In this document: piece by piece, positions 1-8,800 of the stretch
Layout: each line of letters opens with the position of its first letter
How positions within the stretch are numbered: the stretch's first letter is position 1
Sequence record: MT028491.1
DNA length: 64,000 nucleotides
Strand: one strand, 5' to 3'
The notes under the pieces: model-generated
What the model was told of the DNA's origin: nothing
The model's database searches: none
The model's input: the letters and a program-made list of their open reading frames with translations, nothing else
Program-made: the position numbers and the translations under genes

Positions 1-183
1 ACAGATATAGGAATTATGAATTTAATGTTCCTGTCTGCAATAGGAAACTTGATAATAACCCTAGCAAACCTTGAACCTATATCGGTTACAGTTCCCATCT
101 TGTGCTTTTCAAGAATAGTTTTAGCTTCTTTAACAAATTTGTTGCTATAGTTAAGTAACACCATAATATTTCACCCGATAAAG

Positions 184-651
184 TCATTTGACCAGCTTCC
201 TATGATTATCGACCATCTTTTGAAAAACATACGAAACAACATCAAATAGTTCATCACTACCTTTATTGTAAATTGCTCTTGTAATCCCATCAACGCTAAA
301 CATCACATAGCGCTTACAACATACAATAACATGTTGTTTACTATTTAAATAATAATGAAAAGAATACATATCCCCTTCTTCAACCTTCAAATAGTCTTTT
401 GAAGTTGCGGCGCTATAATGAAATAGGTAATAATAGGGATATTTAATATAGCCAGATACTATTTTGGAAGATTTGTCCGGTTCATTAAAAAGGAAGTCTG
501 GAATCCAGAATGTGAATCCTATATCTTTTCCACCCTTCCAACCAATATACTTATAATTGTGGTTAAGGGTATATCCATTGGATATAAAAAATGTCATACC
601 AAGACCCTTGATCTTATTCATTTCAAAAACAATGTCTGCAAGATTCACCAT
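184..651 (-). CDS. hypothetical early protein, C-terminal-His paralog family
   Basis: 155 aa ORF with upstream promoter; ends VFQKMVDNHRK (family motif). Confidence 0.75.
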   Translation of the reverse strand: MVNLADIVFEMNKIKGLGMTFFISNGYTLNHNYKYIGWKGGKDIGFTFWIPDFLFNEPDKSSKIVSGYIKYPYYYLFHYSAATSKDYLKVEEGDMYSFHYYLNSKQHVIVCCKRYVMFSVDGITRAIYNKGSDELFDVVSYVFQKMVDNHRKLVK

Positions 652-687
652 ACAAAAAGCCCTTCGGATACCTGATAATTTTTACAT

Positions 688-716
688 CAGATAACCCAAG
701 GGCTTAACAAAGTCAA
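688..716 (-). promoter_or_regulatory. sigma70-like early promoter
   Basis: TTGACT-N17-TATCTG upstream of the 155 aa ORF. Confidence 0.6.
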
Positions 717-724
717 TTACTATT

Positions 725-1177
725 TCAGTGTTGAAGTTTTTTATGCTCAAGAACTATCCAGTTGAATAGGGTTTCACAAAACTCATATTGCTTTTCTCCC
801 CTAATATAAAACTTCTGATAACACTCTATATGATCGATAGTGATAGAAGCAAAATTCAAGACTGGATATAGGTTAAGAGTTACGGTTGCTCCATCCACGA
901 TTTGTGTGAGGGATCGGAACCCGTTAACATTGATCGTCATTCGGGCTAAGCGGTCGCCAGATTTGGGATCATACCAAGTCAACGACACTTCATCCTTATA
1001 AAACGAATCTTTTTCGTTCATATTGATTTTTGCTGTTGACGTATCGAAAATATTCCGAAGCAATTTGAAAGGAACAGTTTTATGATGTGAATTCTTGTCG
1101 AAATCTGTTTCAAACAGAAATGTTTCGTTATCGATTGTTCTGGTTGGCAGAACCTTCCTCACTGGTATAAACGTCAT
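725..1177 (-). CDS. hypothetical early protein, C-terminal-His paralog family
   Basis: 150 aa; ends LFNWIVLEHKK. Confidence 0.75.
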   Translation of the reverse strand: MTFIPVRKVLPTRTIDNETFLFETDFDKNSHHKTVPFKLLRNIFDTSTAKINMNEKDSFYKDEVSLTWYDPKSGDRLARMTINVNGFRSLTQIVDGATVTLNLYPVLNFASITIDHIECYQKFYIRGEKQYEFCETLFNWIVLEHKKLQH

Positions 1178-1218
1178 AGGGATTCCCTTTTTTCAAGACA
1201 AAGTTATCCTGATAACGT

Positions 1219-2115
1219 TTATACCTGATTTTCAGTTCCCTTACAAATTTTCTGATAGGCAACTCTATGGCAATCTAGAATTAAATCCTTGATAACACCA
1301 ATCACTTCACCCTCAATTTTTTTGGTATCTTCGGCGTGTAATTGAACTCTACCATCATTATAAACTGTCATTATACCACCATACAAGCTATCATATATGC
1401 TTGAAAATGGCCTGCAATAATCTTGCATTATGTAAACGCAATCTGATTTAAAATCAAAAAATATGTTTTTCAATTCTAGAAAATCAGATGAAAACTCCAT
1501 TAATTGACAATCATCATCTTGGACATAAATTGAACCATCAGTTGTAACGAACAAGGGATTGGCTTCACCAACGTCAATCAAAGCATTTATTTCATTGGTG
1601 TTAGCCATATCAATAGTACCAATGACGGAATTAATATATGTCCACATTGTAAAGTGTATATCACATAAATTCATTCCATCTAAAGATTGCATATCAAGTT
1701 TACGTGGATACATCATGTAATACAAATCTTTTGACACATAAGATGCATTAATTAATGTATGAAATACTTCATTGTCTTTTTCTTTACATTGAATTATTAA
1801 ATCAAATTTAGACAATAATACTTTATATACATATTCTTTCACATTATCAGTATTATTTTTGTCAGTACAATATCCATAGAGTAAAAAATTATACATTGCA
1901 ACGTTAGGAGAACCCAATCTTGTTCGTACTGAAAAAGAATTCGGAACGCTACTTGGAAGACCAATTGAATAATAAAAATGTTCTGTTTTCAAATTCAATT
2001 CGCTATGATTCTCATGAAAAGTCATGCCACTGCGATTAAGATATGGCCAGTGAATATTTCTCTGGTTCTTTGATACATTTCGACTAGCCACAAAACTTTC
2101 ATGTACCTTGTTCAC
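1219..2115 (-). CDS. hypothetical early protein, C-terminal-His paralog family (long form)
   Basis: 298 aa; TVYNDG ... IKDLILDCHR. Confidence 0.75.
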   Translation of the reverse strand: MNKVHESFVASRNVSKNQRNIHWPYLNRSGMTFHENHSELNLKTEHFYYSIGLPSSVPNSFSVRTRLGSPNVAMYNFLLYGYCTDKNNTDNVKEYVYKVLLSKFDLIIQCKEKDNEVFHTLINASYVSKDLYYMMYPRKLDMQSLDGMNLCDIHFTMWTYINSVIGTIDMANTNEINALIDVGEANPLFVTTDGSIYVQDDDCQLMEFSSDFLELKNIFFDFKSDCVYIMQDYCRPFSSIYDSLYGGIMTVYNDGRVQLHAEDTKKIEGEVIGVIKDLILDCHRVAYQKICKGTENQV

Positions 2116-2771
2116 TTAAACAGCCTTTCAAAATCCTTGACGACAACCTTGAAAACTTCGTCATGTGACAGAGCCGCATATTGTTGTTTTGGACCACCTT
2201 CCAAAATATATTCGATATCACAAAATGAATGACTGATCGATTCAAGGTGATCACTGAAATCGGCCCCAAATACCCCACGGCAATATTCTACTGCTATCTT
2301 ATTGGCCTCATATTCCCATGGAAGTGTCATATATTCGTGAGACGCCAATATTGATGTTTTGGTGTTATAATATTTGCCATCCCAACAACAAACCGAATAG
2401 CTGATATTGTTAAGTCTCTTTTCATGGTACTGTTTAAAGTGTGCAATCTCATGCGCAATCATATAAATGATCGCCTCTTCTCTATGCTTGAAACCGCCTT
2501 TGAACAATCCATACAATACATGATAGAAATTGCTGACAATATTAAGACGATAGACATTATTGTCTTTATCGTACTGGATTGCCGAACCATTAAGAGAATC
2601 TTTGAATTTTCGGTTATAGGTGTGAGTGAAGAGAATCGTAATGTCTTCCTCACCTAGACCAGCCATGTCTACAATCTGGTTGCAGTGATTAATGACTTGT
2701 GATTCAGAAAGGCCGCTATTTTCAAAAAACTTTCTGCATTTAAATGACATATTATAATAAAACAAATTCAA
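2112..2771 (-). CDS. putative zinc metallopeptidase (SprT/ImmA-like)
   Basis: AHEIAHFKQ HExxH motif with downstream LPWEYEAN third-ligand motif. Confidence 0.7.
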   Translation of the reverse strand: MNLFYYNMSFKCRKFFENSGLSESQVINHCNQIVDMAGLGEEDITILFTHTYNRKFKDSLNGSAIQYDKDNNVYRLNIVSNFYHVLYGLFKGGFKHREEAIIYMIAHEIAHFKQYHEKRLNNISYSVCCWDGKYYNTKTSILASHEYMTLPWEYEANKIAVEYCRGVFGADFSDHLESISHSFCDIEYILEGGPKQQYAALSHDEVFKVVVKDFERLFK

Positions 2772-3244
2772 CCCCTCTTAAAGTATTCTAAATGATACTG
2801 CCAAATCTGATCAAGAATTCTTTTTAATAACTCATTCATATGATTGGTGACTACAATAACGTCATCTGATAGAAAGATATGCTTATCTTTTTCATCCCAA
2901 CCAATAAGAACTTCCCTGTCTCTTGTACCATGCCGTTCGTAATAACACATACCAACTTCATTAATTATTAAATTATATTTCCAATTACTCGAATTTCTAA
3001 ACCATTCAAAACTAATTGTTGGGTATTGACTATACTCATAGTCATGAGATTTGGCATTAGAAATATCGAAAATTTCGAACGGAAGGCATATACTTCTACT
3101 ATAGACGTTCCCATTATCATAATCACTTAGGTTATCATCTGCAATGGCAATTATGACATATCCATCATATAGACTAACAGTCATATGATCTTCATTTTTG
3201 TATTTTTCATAAAAATGAGATACGTTCTTTGGAAAGTCTGCCAC
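2768..3244 (-). CDS. hypothetical early protein, C-terminal-His paralog family
   Basis: 158 aa; ends ILDQIWQYHLE; overlaps the next gene by 4 nt. Confidence 0.75.
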   Translation of the reverse strand: MADFPKNVSHFYEKYKNEDHMTVSLYDGYVIIAIADDNLSDYDNGNVYSRSICLPFEIFDISNAKSHDYEYSQYPTISFEWFRNSSNWKYNLIINEVGMCYYERHGTRDREVLIGWDEKDKHIFLSDDVIVVTNHMNELLKRILDQIWQYHLEYFKRG

Positions 3245-3282
3245 ACTACACCCTAAAATAAAAGACTATGTTCAAGTCAACT

Positions 3283-3311
3283 TTATAGCTAACCTAAACA
3301 TAGTCTGTCAA
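3283..3311 (-). promoter_or_regulatory. sigma70-like early promoter
   Basis: TTGACA-N17-CTATAA, matching the alphaproteobacterial housekeeping consensus. Confidence 0.7.
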
Positions 3312-3317
3312 GTAATT

Positions 3318-3584
3318 TTAACCTAATCTCATACCTTCTGTACCGAAGGCATCGTTTGCTTCAAGATCGGAAAGTTCTTCCAAAAACGGAATAAAATCAT
3401 CGAAAATGAAGCGCCCGGTTTCCTTTGATTCCTCAAGCAATTCATTGAAGTTCTCACGAAGTTCCGAATAGTATTCGTCTTCGTCGGCCAGCCTATCCAC
3501 ATATTTCTTAACTTTATCTAGAATAGCTTCAAGACGTTCTGTCTTTAGATCATCAAAAATTTCAATAAAATCGTATAAATTCAT
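3318..3584 (-). CDS. hypothetical acidic protein
   Basis: 88 aa ORF co-oriented with its neighbours. Confidence 0.65.
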   Translation of the reverse strand: MNLYDFIEIFDDLKTERLEAILDKVKKYVDRLADEDEYYSELRENFNELLEESKETGRFIFDDFIPFLEELSDLEANDAFGTEGMRLG

Positions 3585-3596
3585 TTAAATATATTA

Positions 3597-3764
3597 TCAC
3601 TTTCTCAATTCATGCTTGATATCTTCAAGTTCATCAAGCATGTTCTCATAATCTTTTTTAATAAAATCAATAGTCTTATAAAAACCGTCATTGTTAATCT
3701 TGATCACTATTGACGCGATGATTAACCACACGACACAGGCAAAAAACATGCCTAAGAAAAACAT
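3597..3764 (-). CDS. small membrane protein
   Basis: Manually translated 55 aa, MFFLGMFFACVVWLIIASIVI...; TAATG coupling to the upstream ORF. Confidence 0.55.
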   Translation of the reverse strand: MFFLGMFFACVVWLIIASIVIKINNDGFYKTIDFIKKDYENMLDELEDIKHELRK

Positions 3765-3910
3765 TAATTGCACTTAGTACCTTTCATTCTTTGATTGCTA
3801 ATAAAACTCCATGTTGCCAATATGAAAACAGCGATAAGCTGATACACAGGTTGTGGCGAGCAAAATGCCACAAACCATAATAGAACATAAAAATCTAATT
3901 CTTGATCCAC
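3764..3910 (-). CDS. small hydrophobic protein
   Basis: Manually translated 48 aa, GTG start, hydrophobic core, fills the gap between ORFs. Confidence 0.45.
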   Translation of the reverse strand: MDQELDFYVLLWFVAFCSPQPVYQLIAVFILATWSFISNQRMKGTKCN

Positions 3911-3911
3911 T

Positions 3912-4769
3912 CTATAACCCTAACAAAGCATCGTCCAAATCTGTTAGCATTTTGTGACTTTGATATATGGTTTCACCCAAACGCTGTTTGAATTGATTAG
4001 AATAATATTCGCCCAAACCGTACATAAGGAAAGTTCCGTTCATCGTAATTCCCATATGTTGCAACTTGACAAACAGTTTTGATTGTTTTTCGGTATGAAA
4101 AACACGATGATGTTTTGGGGATAGTTTAATTTGTTTGGGCGAATATTTAATCCTGAAATTTTTCGGATTAAATGCATCAACAGACATAGAAAACATTTCA
4201 CCAAGAAAGAAATATTTGATAGTTCCTTCCGGGTGTCTCATGTATTGTATGCCACTCCCATCACTCAAATTACTATGTGGCCAATGAGGTTTGTCGATGT
4301 GCCATGAAAACGCCAGCAATAATTGATACATAGTGATCAGATCACAATGCACTCTATTATAGAGAGTCCCCATATCTTCAAGATCAAAGCCATTATTAGT
4401 CTTATCCCAACTGGTCACATCATTAACTATTACATTACCATTGCCAGTTTGATTGCTGGTATATGCAAGTAAGATATTGCTTGGATTAAATGGTAAACTG
4501 GCCTTATGCTGTTCTATGTAAAACCCATCTGCATTGATATAGATGGAAACATCACTACGACTGGTTGATATCTTAACAAACATCAATTCTTCAATGACTT
4601 CAAATGTTGAATTATTGTCAATGAAAAAATCAACTGTCTCTAAAAGAAACCATATCTTGCTGGTATCTGACATGTCTATAGTAGCATTCACACGCCGCAA
4701 TATACCCTTACCATGCTTCAACAGCCAATGGGTTTCGGCAAAATAATGAGCGCTTTCCATATGAGACAT
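3912..4769 (-). CDS. hypothetical early protein, C-terminal-His paralog family (possibly tandem domains)
   Basis: 285 aa; IYINADG and ITMNG hairpin motifs; LGETIYQSHK. Confidence 0.75.
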   Translation of the reverse strand: MSHMESAHYFAETHWLLKHGKGILRRVNATIDMSDTSKIWFLLETVDFFIDNNSTFEVIEELMFVKISTSRSDVSIYINADGFYIEQHKASLPFNPSNILLAYTSNQTGNGNVIVNDVTSWDKTNNGFDLEDMGTLYNRVHCDLITMYQLLLAFSWHIDKPHWPHSNLSDGSGIQYMRHPEGTIKYFFLGEMFSMSVDAFNPKNFRIKYSPKQIKLSPKHHRVFHTEKQSKLFVKLQHMGITMNGTFLMYGLGEYYSNQFKQRLGETIYQSHKMLTDLDDALLGL

Positions 4770-4831
4770 TTCAGAATTCCTATGTTTACAATTTCAATTG
4801 ACACATTCCTAACATCAAAATTAGGATTGTG

Positions 4832-5050
4832 TCAACTCAAAATCTTAAATGAAACAAAGCCAAACAACACAACCCATCCGGCTATCAACAGCCAAGAAAA
4901 TACAGCCGCATCGTCGCTTTCGGCGGTTTGCCACATGTACAACAAACCAGCACCAACCAACATCAAACAAAACAGAATCGCTAATTGAATCATCATGTTA
5001 TATAATGCCACTCCATAATCTCTATAATTGATGTAGAACCGAACACACAA
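4832..5050 (-). CDS. small two-helix membrane protein
   Basis: Two hydrophobic segments; true start may be the internal MMIQ. Confidence 0.55.
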   Translation of the reverse strand: MCVRFYINYRDYGVALYNMMIQLAILFCLMLVGAGLLYMWQTAESDDAAVFSWLLIAGWVVLFGFVSFKILS

Positions 5051-5235
5051 TAAAGCCTATCCATAGCTTGTTCTTCCTGTAGGGTTCTCTCACCACGAAC
5101 AACATCAATCTCTTTGAAATGACATTTTCCGTTTACACTGACCATCAAGGCCACTTTTCTATGCGAAATAGGTTGCATATGTGTTCCTCTTGCTATCTGT
5201 AACATTGTGTAATAATGTGTTACAAACAGCCGCAA
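4993..5235 (-). CDS. hypothetical protein
   Basis: ORF in a minus-strand run; likely start at MQPISHRK. Confidence 0.45.
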   Translation of the reverse strand: MRLFVTHYYTMLQIARGTHMQPISHRKVALMVSVNGKCHFKEIDVVRGERTLQEEQAMDRLYCVFGSTSIIEIMEWHYIT

Positions 5236-5314
5236 ATCAACAATTTGATTAAAATTTTATTGACTTATGCACAGAAAAATAGCCAAGCCTTAAAATCGAC
5301 TTGACTATTTATTT

Positions 5315-5509
5315 TTACGAATTTGGAACAGAAAAACTATCACTCGATTCAGTGATTTCTTCACCATCAAGAATCAGTTTGACCTTGACAGTATGCCAAA
5401 CACTATCACCACCACTCCAATGATCCGTTTCCAGATTAACTTGCACTTCAAGGGTTTCCTTTAGGAATTCCTTCAAAGCCTTCTTTAGAGCTTCATCCAC
5501 TGACAACAC
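5315..5509 (-). CDS. hypothetical protein
   Basis: 64 aa ORF overlapping the upstream gene. Confidence 0.6.
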   Translation of the reverse strand: MLSVDEALKKALKEFLKETLEVQVNLETDHWSGGDSVWHTVKVKLILDGEEITESSDSFSVPNS

Positions 5510-5771
5510 TCCTATATTCTTTGACAGACGCCTTGAGCTTCAACCAGATTGGTTCAAAGCTTTCATGGCGGAAACCTTCCATTTCCAGACAATCACGAAT
5601 GTATTTGAGACTACGTTCCTTATTCAAAAGAATGTCTGGAAAATCACAACATGTATTAATCATGTAATGAGCTTTCCATGACTTGATATAACCACACCCT
5701 TGGGTGCTATTACAAAACTCTTGAAACTCATTAACAATGTGAGAAATAGTGCGTTCTTCGACAGTAGCCAT
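5493..5771 (-). CDS. hypothetical protein
   Basis: 92 aa with RBS (AGAGGG) and promoter upstream. Confidence 0.65.
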   Translation of the reverse strand: MATVEERTISHIVNEFQEFCNSTQGCGYIKSWKAHYMINTCCDFPDILLNKERSLKYIRDCLEMEGFRHESFEPIWLKLKASVKEYRSVVSG

Positions 5772-5805
5772 TGTTCAACCCTCTTTAGGTTAATATTATG
5801 GCTAC

Positions 5806-5834
5806 TATCTAACCTAACATGATACTTATGTCAA
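5806..5834 (-). promoter_or_regulatory. sigma70-like early promoter
   Basis: CTTGACA-N17-TAGATA. Confidence 0.6.
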
Positions 5835-5995
5835 GATTTTTTTAGGATAACATCAACATTATTATAACCGGCATCAAATTGAACTTTTTGATCACCACCA
5901 TATTTAATAATAGCTCTTTCTACAATCTCGGCAAGTTCCGACAAAGTACCTTCAAAATCCCCCAATCCTTCAACATATTCCAATTCTTCATACAT
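5831..5995 (-). CDS. hypothetical protein
   Basis: Manually translated 54 aa, MYEELEYVEGLGDFEG...; TAATG coupling. Confidence 0.55.
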   Translation of the reverse strand: MYEELEYVEGLGDFEGTLSELAEIVERAIIKYGGDQKVQFDAGYNNVDVILKKS

Positions 5996-6366
5996 TAATT
6001 ACCAGCCTGTTCCTGAAATTCTTTTAGAGTCGTTTCAGCCATATAACTATCCGTTCCATCATACCAATATGCACAGTATGGAACGGCTTTTGAGAAATCG
6101 ACCGCAAATTTATCTGATAGTTTCAAGAATTCCTTCTTGAAACATTCGATGTCTTTAAGGGACATAAACACCATACAACCGTATGCATGTTCACGACTTC
6201 CCCAATCTGAATAGATCAAGGTTCCTTCATAATTCATGTGAAGGTCTGTATTGTCATAAAGATATTCAGAAGCATCTTCCAAATCATCGCCACTAATTGG
6301 CTTCAAAAGAGGGGCCATAAATCCATAGCTTAGAACATTATCACTCATTACCAAGAATCTCCCCAA
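5995..6366 (-). CDS. hypothetical protein
   Basis: 123 aa ORF in an operon-like run. Confidence 0.65.
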   Translation of the reverse strand: MGRFLVMSDNVLSYGFMAPLLKPISGDDLEDASEYLYDNTDLHMNYEGTLIYSDWGSREHAYGCMVFMSLKDIECFKKEFLKLSDKFAVDFSKAVPYCAYWYDGTDSYMAETTLKEFQEQAGN

Positions 6367-6680
6367 GAATCATCATTTTTATAACGCGGCATATCAAACT
6401 GCATGTCCTCTTCAAGAAACAAAGGAATATCAAAACGGCTAATATGATAAATGCCGAAGCTATCCTTAGTAACATCAAATTCAATATGCTCATAGCTGGT
6501 AGTATTTCCATTTTCATTTGTCAAAATGGAAACTTCTACTTTCTCATGATTGGCTGATATTTCGAACTTTTTCTTATTACGTTCACAATGCTTGGTAATT
6601 TCCTCTAAGAACTTAGAAACCAGCATAAAATCATTATAATACATTAGTATCCTCTTATATACAACTATTAGTTTAAACAT
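6348..6680 (-). CDS. hypothetical protein
   Basis: 110 aa ORF downstream of a promoter at 6676-6705. Confidence 0.6.
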   Translation of the reverse strand: MFKLIVVYKRILMYYNDFMLVSKFLEEITKHCERNKKKFEISANHEKVEVSILTNENGNTTSYEHIEFDVTKDSFGIYHISRFDIPLFLEEDMQFDMPRYKNDDSWGDSW

Positions 6681-6687
6681 AACATAT

Positions 6688-6695
6688 AATAAATA
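6688..6695 (+). promoter_or_regulatory. T4-type late promoter variant
   Basis: AATAAATA 55 nt upstream of a structural gene; overlaps a divergent early promoter. Confidence 0.5.
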
Positions 6696-6749
6696 CAGTT
6701 GTCAACTCAAAACTAAACATATCTTAAAAAATTAAGGACGGATAAGAAT

Positions 6750-7328
6750 ATGGCTATCAAAGAGATTTTGACGGATGTAGAGCTTGTTGGTAAGGGCTTG
6801 CCAGCACGTGAAAATATCCAGCGTATTAATGAAAACTTCCAAGAATTGTCCGGTGGCGGTGGAGAAACAACCCCCGTTGATTGGAACGATATCGAAAACA
6901 AGCCTGCATTTGGTACAGCGGCAACAACCAATTCAACCGCTTATGCTACAGCCGCACAAGGCACAAAAGCTGATACTGCCGTACAGCCTGCCGCATTGGA
7001 TGCTAAATTGGATAAGCCATCTGGTGGAACGAATGCTCAACTCATTCGTGGTGACGGTTCTACTGTTGCAGCTTCCACTTATGCAACCGCTGCAAATTTG
7101 ACATCTGGTCTAGCTGCAAAGCTTGACAAACCAGCCGGTGGAACATCAGCACAATTGATTCGTGGTGATGGTACAACAGTTGCTTCGAATACCTTTGCTA
7201 CATCAACACAAGGAACAAAGGCTGATAATGCGGTTCCAAAGACTGTAATTACGGCCCTTGATGCTGGTGAAACTGACCTAGCTACAATCGTCGCAAAGAT
7301 CAATGAAATCATTGCAGCACTCGACTAA
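6750..7328 (+). CDS. virion fibre/decoration protein
   Basis: N-terminal RINENFQEL anchor-type motif; two LDKPxGGT..LIRGDG..ATxxQGTKAD repeats shared with tail fibres; C-terminal VAKINEIIAAL coiled coil. Confidence 0.65.
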   Translation: MAIKEILTDVELVGKGLPARENIQRINENFQELSGGGGETTPVDWNDIENKPAFGTAATTNSTAYATAAQGTKADTAVQPAALDAKLDKPSGGTNAQLIRGDGSTVAASTYATAANLTSGLAAKLDKPAGGTSAQLIRGDGTTVASNTFATSTQGTKADNAVPKTVITALDAGETDLATIVAKINEIIAALD

Positions 7329-7332
7329 GATT

Positions 7333-7356
7333 AAAGGGGCTTTTAGGCCCCTTTTT
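7333..7356. terminator. bidirectional intrinsic terminator
   Basis: AAA-GGGGC-TTTTAG-GCCCC-TTTTT between convergent genes. Confidence 0.8.
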
Positions 7357-7927
7357 CTTTTAACTTATTTCTCAATCCTCTTACACGAAGTTCATTCCAT
7401 TCGTTTTCTTTTCTGAGACGACTATTTTCCGCAATAATAAATTCAAACTTCTTATAAACAGCGCCGCCATTCTGAAATGCTTTTGATTCGGCTTCCTGTG
7501 CGCGCCTGTTAAGATCACGATTAGTTTCTTTAAGGCTTGCGACTTCCTTTTTCAACTTCTCTATTTCATCTTTCAAGGCATCTTGTAAAACGTCTGAAAC
7601 AATGCGCTCTGCAATTATTTCCTTCTCATGTTCTTCTTTATAAACAAGAGCCTTGTAAGTGTTTCTGTACTGTTCTGTTCCGCCCGGAGTCGCCCAAATC
7701 GTTCCAAAACCAGATGATTCAAGACCATCGATTTCGGAAGGTCTTACCCACGCAATGGCTTCCAAATTCGAAATCTTTTCAATAATAGCGACATCTTCTT
7801 TATCAGATTCATCACGAATATTGACAGCCCAAATAGGGATATGATCACCTTTAAGCGACCTAAACCGATTTCCATCAGGATCATTCTTATGGGCATATGT
7901 GATGTATTCTTCAACCATTATTTTCAA
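7343..7927 (-). CDS. hypothetical protein with coiled-coil C-terminus
   Basis: 194 aa ORF. Confidence 0.7.
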   Translation of the reverse strand: MKIMVEEYITYAHKNDPDGNRFRSLKGDHIPIWAVNIRDESDKEDVAIIEKISNLEAIAWVRPSEIDGLESSGFGTIWATPGGTEQYRNTYKALVYKEEHEKEIIAERIVSDVLQDALKDEIEKLKKEVASLKETNRDLNRRAQEAESKAFQNGGAVYKKFEFIIAENSRLRKENEWNELRVRGLRNKLKEKGA

Positions 7928-8123
7928 CCTTTTTGTAGAGAGTCGTAACCCGGAAGATAAAACCAGAAATACCCGATTTCTTTTTTGTCCATGGTTTGTG
8001 AACTAGAAAATCATGAACCACTGTTCCGGTTTCCTCATGGATTTCTTCAACAAAATATCCAAAGATTTGAAACTCTGGTGAATCATCTGGCATTTCCAAA
8101 ATAGCCGTAAGAGCATCGACCAT
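7911..8123 (-). CDS. hypothetical protein
   Basis: 70 aa ORF coupled to its neighbours. Confidence 0.55.
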   Translation of the reverse strand: MVDALTAILEMPDDSPEFQIFGYFVEEIHEETGTVVHDFLVHKPWTKKKSGISGFIFRVTTLYKKVENNG

Positions 8124-8125
8124 AA

Positions 8126-8482
8126 CTAAATCCTTTTCTTATTAGGATCATAATCAGTCCCAATCTTAATCGGCCCAACTTCGATACCACAATCATAAAA
8201 ATATTTGCGCCATTTTTGCATGATTTCTTTGTAATGATGGTGATCATATGAGTTTGGCCAGATAATAAATCCACAAACCTCATAATCACCAGAACCCCGA
8301 TATTTGAAACGACCATATAAATCGTTCATGTCATCCCAAAATTCTTCGAAGTCCTCATCTTCAATCAAATCTTCGAAAAGTTCCAATCCATCCTTAGATA
8401 ATTTCAAAAATTCAAAGCCACCATAGGTAGCCTTGGATGCATCGATATTTTCACTGAATGTGACGATAAATCTATACATCAC
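8126..8482 (-). CDS. hypothetical protein
   Basis: 118 aa ORF. Confidence 0.65.
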   Translation of the reverse strand: MMYRFIVTFSENIDASKATYGGFEFLKLSKDGLELFEDLIEDEDFEEFWDDMNDLYGRFKYRGSGDYEVCGFIIWPNSYDHHHYKEIMQKWRKYFYDCGIEVGPIKIGTDYDPNKKRI

Positions 8483-8739
8483 TCAACCTCTTCTGGTAGT
8501 TCGGAACGATTGACATAGAAACCATCAGCATCTTCTTTAATAGAAATCATTTTGAATTCCTTGTTATTGAAGAATGCAATGAACGTTTTCTCTTTATCCA
8601 CAATGATTTCTCTGATCCCGCAATGCATGATCAGATTTTCAAGCGCCAAAGAAAGCTTGATGTGTTTCTTAATGTCCATGACGATATTCTCCATAGATTG
8701 ATTTTTCTCACTCTTAGCACGTTCTTTATAAATAGTCAA
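8479..8739 (-). CDS. hypothetical protein
   Basis: 86 aa ORF; true start uncertain. Confidence 0.55.
   Translation of the reverse strand: MTIYKERAKSEKNQSMENIVMDIKKHIKLSLALENLIMHCGIREIIVDKEKTFIAFFNNKEFKMISIKEDADGFYVNRSELPEEVE
8727..8734 (+). promoter_or_regulatory. T4-type late promoter
   Basis: Perfect TATAAATA, plus GATAAATA at 8751, upstream of the tail fibre gene. Confidence 0.7.
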
Positions 8740-8800
8740 ATTCGTTTTTCGATAAATACCATTAGGTATTAACTAATTAAAATATAAGGATTTTACCCAT